From the NCBI GenBank assembly GCA_964528415.1, contig CAZGTK010000001.1, positions 1 to 30,407 on the forward strand: a stretch of DNA of 30,407 nt, written 5' to 3'. Both the position numbers and the translations under genes were made by a program. Positions 24,925 to 30,407 of this stretch are shown here, piece after piece (position 1 is the first letter of the stretch; every line of letters begins with the position of its first letter). The notes below the pieces were generated by a model. That model had not been told where the DNA came from. It saw nothing but the letters and a program-made list of their open reading frames with translations, and made no database searches. This DNA comes from an uncultured Burkholderiales bacterium. Its GTDB lineage: Bacteria; Pseudomonadota; Gammaproteobacteria; Burkholderiales; UBA6910.

Positions 24925-26220
24925 TCAGCCTCCGTTGGTTGCGGCCGCGCCCGCCGGGGCGGGCGCGAGCGGCGCCGCCATCAGCAGCGCGGCGGCGAGC
25001 GCCTTCAGGACGCACGGAATCAGCGCGTAGGCCGCCGCGAGCGCGGTCAGCGCCGCCGCGTCGTTGTCGCCGCCCGGCTGGTAGCCGGCGAGCGGCAGCA
25101 GCGGCAGCGCGATGCCGGCCGCGAGCGCGAGGTTGAGCTTGGTGACCAGCGACCAGAGGCCGAAATAACCGCCCTCCTGCGCCGGGCCGGCGCCGCCGCG
25201 GCCCCAGTCGATGACGTCCGCGAGGATCGACGGCGGGATCGCGAGGTCGGCGCCGAGGGCGAGCCCCGAGAGCGCGCAGATGACGAGAAACGCCGTGGTG
25301 TCGCCGCGGCCGAGCGTGAACGCCCAGACGAAGGCGACGATCGCGAGCACCATGCTGGCGAACCACGCGTTCTTCTTGCCGATGGCCTGCGCCAGCCGCA
25401 CCCAGAACAGCATGCCGGCGGCGCCGGCGAGGAAGTAGACGGCGAGGAAGGCGCCCGCCATGTTCTCGGCGCCGAGGACGTCGTCGACGAAGAACAGCAC
25501 CAGCGTGGCGGGAATCGACGCCGCGACGCCGCCCAGCACGAATACGGCGAGCAGGTGGCGGAAGCGGCGGTTGCCGAGCGCCAGGCGCAGGCTGCCGAAG
25601 ACGGACGTCTCCGACGGCGCCGACGTCACCGGCCTCGGCGTGCCGCCGAGCGTGACGTGGCTCGCGATCAGCAGCAGCGGAATGAACAGGAGCGAGAACA
25701 GCGGCAGGCCGGACTCGCCGTCGCGCTTGAGCAGCTCGGGCGCCGCGGCGGCGATCAGCACGCCCACCAGGGCCAGGCCCTCGCGGGTGGCGGTCACGCG
25801 GGTGCGCTGGTGCGCATCGCGCGAGAGCTCGGCGCCGAGCGCCTGGTAACTGATGTTGGCGAGGCTGAACGCGAGGTAGACGACGAACAGCGTGCCGGCA
25901 AACCAGAGCGTCAGGTCGACGCCGGCCGGCGGGTTGAACAGCGCGTAGAAGCCCAGCGCCAGAAGCGGAACCGCCAGCATGACGAAGAACAGCCGCCCGT
26001 GCGGGCGCGCGGCGTAGCGGTCGGAAATATGGCCGAGCCAGGGGTCCTGCACCGCGTCGACGATCCGCAGCGCGAGCAGGATCAAGCCCATCGCCGCCAG
26101 GTTGACCCCGAGCGTGTCGCCGTAGAACTTCGGCGCGTGGACGTAGACCGGCAGCGCCGCCATCGCCAGCGGCAGCCCCAGCGCGCCGTAGGCGAGCAGG
26201 TCCCGCCGCGCGAGGATCAT
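24925..26220 (-). CDS. MFS transporter (GPH/MelB-like)
   Basis: Many TM segments; RIVDAVQDPWLGHISD, GYFGLWSLVTKL. Start ATG 26220 overlaps the upstream TGA; the track's longer version is a spurious extension. Confidence 0.9.
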   Translation of the reverse strand: MILARRDLLAYGALGLPLAMAALPVYVHAPKFYGDTLGVNLAAMGLILLALRIVDAVQDPWLGHISDRYAARPHGRLFFVMLAVPLLALGFYALFNPPAGVDLTLWFAGTLFVVYLAFSLANISYQALGAELSRDAHQRTRVTATREGLALVGVLIAAAAPELLKRDGESGLPLFSLLFIPLLLIASHVTLGGTPRPVTSAPSETSVFGSLRLALGNRRFRHLLAVFVLGGVAASIPATLVLFFVDDVLGAENMAGAFLAVYFLAGAAGMLFWVRLAQAIGKKNAWFASMVLAIVAFVWAFTLGRGDTTAFLVICALSGLALGADLAIPPSILADVIDWGRGGAGPAQEGGYFGLWSLVTKLNLALAAGIALPLLPLAGYQPGGDNDAAALTALAAAYALIPCVLKALAAALLMAAPLAPAPAGAAATNGG

Positions 26221-26765
26221 GTCCCGCCGAGCAGCGCGGCGCGCAGGCCCGGCTCGCGGGTGCCGGGCGAGAGCCAGATGCCGAAGAACGCCTGCGCGAA
26301 CTCGGGATCGGCGACCTCGCCGATGAAGCCGCTGTTGCCGTAGAAGCGCACGCCCCGGCCGGGCACGTTGACCCCCACCAGCCGGTCGCCGGCCCGCACG
26401 TCCGGGAACACGCGCGCCATTTCGCGCTCCCAGCGGGCGAGGCGATCGGCGTCGCGCCAGCCGATGCGCCGGATCTCGTCGACGCTGCTCTTGACGATGC
26501 GGCTGCCGGCGATGTCGCGCTGGTAGCGGATGTCGAGCGCGAAAGGCTGGTCCATGGACCAGCGGCTGCCCGCCACCCAGAGCGTCGAATCGTAGATGGC
26601 GAGGCCGAACCACGTCAGCGTGCCCTGGCCCAGCGGCCGCAGCTGCGGCGCCGACTCCCGGATCGGCTCCGGCAGCGGCGGGTGCATCACGCTGGCGACC
26701 GCGGCGCCGGCGACGCTCGCCGCCAGGAGCCCGCTAAGGACGAGCGATTTCCACTTGCATGACAT
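26217..26765 (-). CDS. Exported chalcone-isomerase-like fold protein
   Basis: Signal-peptide-like N-terminus; GQGTLTWFGLAIYD, FPDVRAGDRL, FFGIWLSPGT. Confidence 0.78.
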   Translation of the reverse strand: MSCKWKSLVLSGLLAASVAGAAVASVMHPPLPEPIRESAPQLRPLGQGTLTWFGLAIYDSTLWVAGSRWSMDQPFALDIRYQRDIAGSRIVKSSVDEIRRIGWRDADRLARWEREMARVFPDVRAGDRLVGVNVPGRGVRFYGNSGFIGEVADPEFAQAFFGIWLSPGTREPGLRAALLGGT

Positions 26766-27951
26766 CGGTGTTCCTCGTGCGAAAGCCCGCCTCGCAGTAG
26801 GCGAGGTAGTAGTTCCAGATGCGCTGGAAGCGCGCGTCGAAGCCGAGCCGCTCGACCTCGGCCGCGGCGGCGTTGAACGCCTCCCGCCAGCGTCGCAGGG
26901 TCTCGGCGTAATCCATGCCGAAGCTGTACACGCCCCTCACCGCCAGCCCGGCCGCGCGCACCTCGGCGCCGAACACCGCCGGCGAGGGCAGCATGCCGCC
27001 GGGGAAGATGTACTGCTGGATGAAGTCCGGCGTGCGCCGGTACTGCTCGAAGCGGTGGCTGGCGATGGTGATGGTCTGCACCACCGCCCTGCCGCCGGGG
27101 CGCAAGGAGCGGCCGAGGGTGCGGAAGAAAACGGGCCAGTAGCGCTCGCCCACCGCCTCGAACATCTCGACCGAGACGACGTGGTCGTACTCTCCCTGCA
27201 GGTCGCGGTAGTCGCGAAACTCCAGCTGCACGCGCTCGGCAAGGCCGGCGCGCTCGATCCGCTCGCGCGCGTAGGCGAGCTGCTCCCGCGACACCGTGAT
27301 GCCGTGGACGCGGCAGCCGCGCGTGCGGACGGCGTATTCGGCGAAACCGCCCCAGCCGCAGCCGATCTCGAGGATCGTGTCGCCCTCGGCCGGGGCGAGC
27401 CGCGCCAGGATGCGCTCGTACTTGGCGCGCTGCGCGTCCTCGAGCGAGCGGCGCGGATCGCCGTCGAACACCGCGCTCGAGTAGGTCATGCTCGGGTCGA
27501 GCCAGCGCCGGTAGAACTCGTTGCCGAGGTCGTAGTGGCGGTGAATGTTGCGTCGGCTGCCGCCGCGCGTGTTGGGGCGCAGCCAGTGGCGCAGGCGGTA
27601 GAGCGCGCGCATCCAGCCCTTGCCGGAGAGCGTCGCCTCGATGTCGTCCATGTTGAGCGCCGCCACCTCGATCAGCCGCGTGAGATCGGGCGTCGTCCAG
27701 TAGCCGCGGGCGTAGCCCTCGGCGAAGCCGATGTCGCCGGAGCGGACCAGCAGGCCGAGGCAGCGCCAGTCGGCGACCGCGATCTCCCCGTGGGGGCCGG
27801 AGGCCGAGCCGCGGAAGGTGTGGCTGCGCCCGTCGGGCAGCGTCAGACGCACGCTGCCGCACGTCATGCGCGAAAGCGCGGCGAACACGAGCCGCGCCGC
27901 CACCGGCAGGTCGGAGGTCAGGGGCGGCAGGGAATGGGCGGTGCTGCTCAT
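26734..27951 (-). CDS. Cfa-family SAM-dependent fatty-acid methyltransferase (CFA synthase/UfaM-like)
   Basis: NIHRHYDLGNEFY, LDPSMTYSSA, LEIGCGWGG, SVEMFEAVG, YIFPGGMLP, YLAYCEAGF; start MSSTAH at 27951 (ATGA overlap). Confidence 0.92.
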   Translation of the reverse strand: MSSTAHSLPPLTSDLPVAARLVFAALSRMTCGSVRLTLPDGRSHTFRGSASGPHGEIAVADWRCLGLLVRSGDIGFAEGYARGYWTTPDLTRLIEVAALNMDDIEATLSGKGWMRALYRLRHWLRPNTRGGSRRNIHRHYDLGNEFYRRWLDPSMTYSSAVFDGDPRRSLEDAQRAKYERILARLAPAEGDTILEIGCGWGGFAEYAVRTRGCRVHGITVSREQLAYARERIERAGLAERVQLEFRDYRDLQGEYDHVVSVEMFEAVGERYWPVFFRTLGRSLRPGGRAVVQTITIASHRFEQYRRTPDFIQQYIFPGGMLPSPAVFGAEVRAAGLAVRGVYSFGMDYAETLRRWREAFNAAAAEVERLGFDARFQRIWNYYLAYCEAGFRTRNTDVMQVEIARP

Positions 27952-28715
27952 TGCGTCACTTGCTCCACCGGAGGATGGGGTTTGCGGAAAAAGCGCGCGC
28001 CGCGCAGCCACAGCCTGATCGCCTGCCAGTGGATGCGCCCGATCACGGTGGCCGTCATCCACGGGTAGCGCACCAGCGCGCGCGCCAGCGCGCCGGTGGT
28101 GAACGGCCGCTCCCGGCCCGAGACCCACGTGTCCAGCAGCGGGCCCTCGGCGTCGGCGTAATCGATCCGCACCACGACGCGTCCGTTCCGGCGCAGGAAG
28201 CGAAAGCGGTAGCTTCCGTCGACGTCGAAAAACGGCGAGACGTGGAAGACCTTGCGGGCCCCGAGCGTGTCGCCGGGCCGGATCGGCCGGCGGTCGGCGT
28301 GCGCGACCAGATAAGTATGACTCTCCCCGAACGTATTGTTCACCTCCGCGAGCACGGCGCGCAGACCGCCGTCGCGGTCGTGGCAGTACCAGAAGCTGAC
28401 CGGATTGAACACGTACCCCAGCACGCGCGGGAAAGTCTGCAGCCAAAGGGCTCCGTCTGCTTCCGCAGCGCCGTGCCGGGCGAGCACCTCGCGCGCCCAC
28501 GCCGCCGCGGGCGTTCCGTCGCGGCGCCCGTGGTCGGCGTCGTGGTAGCTCAGCAGCCCGCGCCGGTTGACCCCGAACAGCGGGTGGCGCAGCGTCTGGA
28601 CCGCCTCCGGGTCGAAGCCGACGAAGAACACCGGGTAGCGGAAGCGGTGCGCGAACGGCCGCCGGCGGGCGTGCCCCACTTCGCCGAAGCAAACCGCCGC
28701 GCGCGCGCCGCTCAT
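27948..28715 (-). CDS. DUF1365-family protein (UfaO-like)
   Basis: HARRRP..HRFRYPVF, FPRVLGYVFNPVSFWYC, AEVNNTFGE, KVFHVSPFF, IHWQAIRLWLRG; start 28715 overlaps the upstream TGA. Confidence 0.88.
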   Translation of the reverse strand: MSGARAAVCFGEVGHARRRPFAHRFRYPVFFVGFDPEAVQTLRHPLFGVNRRGLLSYHDADHGRRDGTPAAAWAREVLARHGAAEADGALWLQTFPRVLGYVFNPVSFWYCHDRDGGLRAVLAEVNNTFGESHTYLVAHADRRPIRPGDTLGARKVFHVSPFFDVDGSYRFRFLRRNGRVVVRIDYADAEGPLLDTWVSGRERPFTTGALARALVRYPWMTATVIGRIHWQAIRLWLRGARFFRKPHPPVEQVTQ

Positions 28716-30004
28716 GCGCTCACCCGCGTCTCGACCGTCCACGGCACCTCGGCCCCGAGCCGCTCCACCACCGCCAGCGCGGACTTGACCCCGTCCTCGT
28801 GGAAGCCATAGCCGAGCCAGGCGCCCGCGAACCAGGTGCGGTTCAGGCCCTGCAGCGCCGCCGCGCGCGCCTGGGCATCGATGGCGGCCTGGTCGAACAG
28901 CGGGTGCGCGTAGTCGAACTCGGCGATGACCGTTTCCGCGGACGGCTCGCGCAGCGGGTTCAGTGTCACGATGACCGGCTTGCGGAACGGCAGCGGCTGC
29001 AGGCGGTTGATGAGGTAGCTCACGCACACCCCGCGCGCGCCGTCGGCGTCGCGTCCTGCGGTGTAGTTCCATGCCGCCCACGCCGAGCGGCGGCGCGGCA
29101 GGAAGCTCGCGTCGGTGTGCAGCACGGCACGGTTGGGCTGGTAGCGCACCGCGCCGAGCAGCGCTCGCTCCGCCTCCGTCGCGTCCGCGAGCAGGGCCAG
29201 CGCCTGGTCGCTGTGGCACGCGAGGATGACTTCGTCGAACCGCTCGGCCCGGCCGAAGGCGTCGCTGACGGTGACGCCGTCGACGCCGCGGACCACGCGC
29301 GCGACGGGCGTGGACAGGCGCACGTCGCCGATCGCGGGCAGCATCCTGCGCACGTAGTCGCGGCCGCCGCCGGCGACGGTGCGCCAGCGCGGCCGGTCGT
29401 TGACCTGCAGCAGGCCGTGGTTGTGACAGAACTGCAGGAAGGTCGCGAGCGGAAAATCGAGGATGCGGGAGGCGGGCGCCGACCAGATCGCGGCCGCCAT
29501 CGGCACCAGGTACCAGTCGCAGAAGCCGCGGCCGTAGCACTCGCGCCGGAGGTAGTCGGCCACCGTCCCGGCCGGCACGGCGCCGCGCGTGACGAGCGCC
29601 GTCGTCTCGCGGTTGAAGCGCAGGATGTCGCGCAGCATGCGCCAGAACGCCGGCCGCGCCAGGTTGGCGCGCTGGGCGAACACGGTGGCGAGGCTGCTGC
29701 CGCACCACTCCAGGTCGTCGTCGTCCGCGCGGACCGAGAACGACATGTCGGACTCGGCCCAGCGCACGCCGAGCGCCTCGAAGATGGCGATCAGGTTCGG
29801 GTAGGTGCGGTCGTTGAACACCAGGAAGCCGGTGTCCACCGGCGCGGTGACGCCGTCGACGGTGACATCCCCGGTGTTGGTGTGACCGCCCGCGTAGGCT
29901 GCCGCCTCGTAAAGCGTGACGCGATCGCGCGCGGACAGCAGCCAGGCGGAGGTCAGCCCGGCGACTCCGGCGCCGACGACGGCAATGCGGCGGCGCTCGC
30001 CCAC
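28712..30004 (-). CDS. FAD/NAD(P)-binding oxidoreductase, amine-oxidase-like (UfaD-like)
   Basis: [52 protein letters not shown]. Confidence 0.9.
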   Translation of the reverse strand: MGERRRIAVVGAGVAGLTSAWLLSARDRVTLYEAAAYAGGHTNTGDVTVDGVTAPVDTGFLVFNDRTYPNLIAIFEALGVRWAESDMSFSVRADDDDLEWCGSSLATVFAQRANLARPAFWRMLRDILRFNRETTALVTRGAVPAGTVADYLRRECYGRGFCDWYLVPMAAAIWSAPASRILDFPLATFLQFCHNHGLLQVNDRPRWRTVAGGGRDYVRRMLPAIGDVRLSTPVARVVRGVDGVTVSDAFGRAERFDEVILACHSDQALALLADATEAERALLGAVRYQPNRAVLHTDASFLPRRRSAWAAWNYTAGRDADGARGVCVSYLINRLQPLPFRKPVIVTLNPLREPSAETVIAEFDYAHPLFDQAAIDAQARAAALQGLNRTWFAGAWLGYGFHEDGVKSALAVVERLGAEVPWTVETRVSA

Positions 30005-30005
30005 G

Positions 30006-30407
30006 TCAAGCGTCCTTGCGGTGCTCGATCAGCGCGTACGCCGAGTGGTTGTGGATCGATGACGTACTTCTCGTCCGGGCGCTTGAGCAGCCCGTAGACC
30101 TGGCACGAGGCCTCTTCCTCGGCGATGCGCACCAGCTCCTCGATCGCCATCGACCCCGCCAGCTCGGCGGCGATGCTGATGTGGGAACGCTGGTTGTGCG
30201 CGCCGTAGTCGGAAATCTCCTTCGAGCACGGGCACAGGCTGGTTACCGGAACGGTCACCTTGAGCGTGAGGCGGAACTCGCCGCTCGCCAGCGTTTCCCC
30301 GCGCAGCGTGACGTCGTGGTCGAGCAGGCTGCTCACGCCGGAGATCGGCGCGGTCTTGCGCACGAAGTACGGAAAGCGGATCTCGATGTGCCCGGTGGTG
30401 GCCTGCA
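30006..30407 (-). pseudogene. folE2: GTP cyclohydrolase IB (FolE2), 3' part with an internal deletion and frameshift (or assembly error)
   Basis: [43 protein letters not shown] in one frame. After one extra A at 30060 the family C-terminus [17 protein letters not shown] follows in another frame (stop 30006-30008). The intervening conserved segment is missing. Confidence 0.82.

Noticed and set aside
26221-29708. Very long N-terminal extensions of the MFS (to 26613), Cfa-like (to 28692) and DUF1365 (to 29708) ORFs, suggesting fusions or overlapping genes
   Set aside because: Each has an internal ATG overlapping the upstream stop (ATGA) exactly where family similarity begins; the extensions are off-frame read-through of neighbouring genes.

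Overview
High-GC, probably betaproteobacterial chromosomal window (taxon inferred from gene content) with four parts. (1) 1-4663: the 5' part of a secreted Cys-type arylsulfatase divergent from an AraC regulator, then phnY-like phosphonoacetaldehyde dehydrogenase and alanine dehydrogenase. (2) About 4.8-17.6 kb: a defence-island-like block at the 3' end of tRNA-Arg(CCG). It holds hipBA, a Fic protein, a four-gene operon (189-aa unknown, QatC/QueC-like PP-loop enzyme, XRE-M78 metallopeptidase fusion, PIN nuclease), a type I RM system (hsdR-M-S) and higBA. No integrase or att repeat is visible. (3) 17.9-23.1 kb: core genes (triheme cytochrome c5, apaH, olsBA-like pair with an apparent Pho-box array, SlyB-like lipoprotein, PfkB nucleoside kinase). 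(4) 23.2-30.4 kb: a minus-strand operon of folE2, FAD oxidoreductase, DUF1365, Cfa-like methylase, CHI-fold protein, MFS, DUF3833, SDR and SnoaL genes. It resembles the photo-oxidative-stress/furan fatty acid cluster, and its folE2 carries an internal deletion plus frameshift. The best candidate for an undescribed system is the QueC-like four-gene operon at 8060-11796. All family assignments come from motif recognition by eye; no database searches were run.
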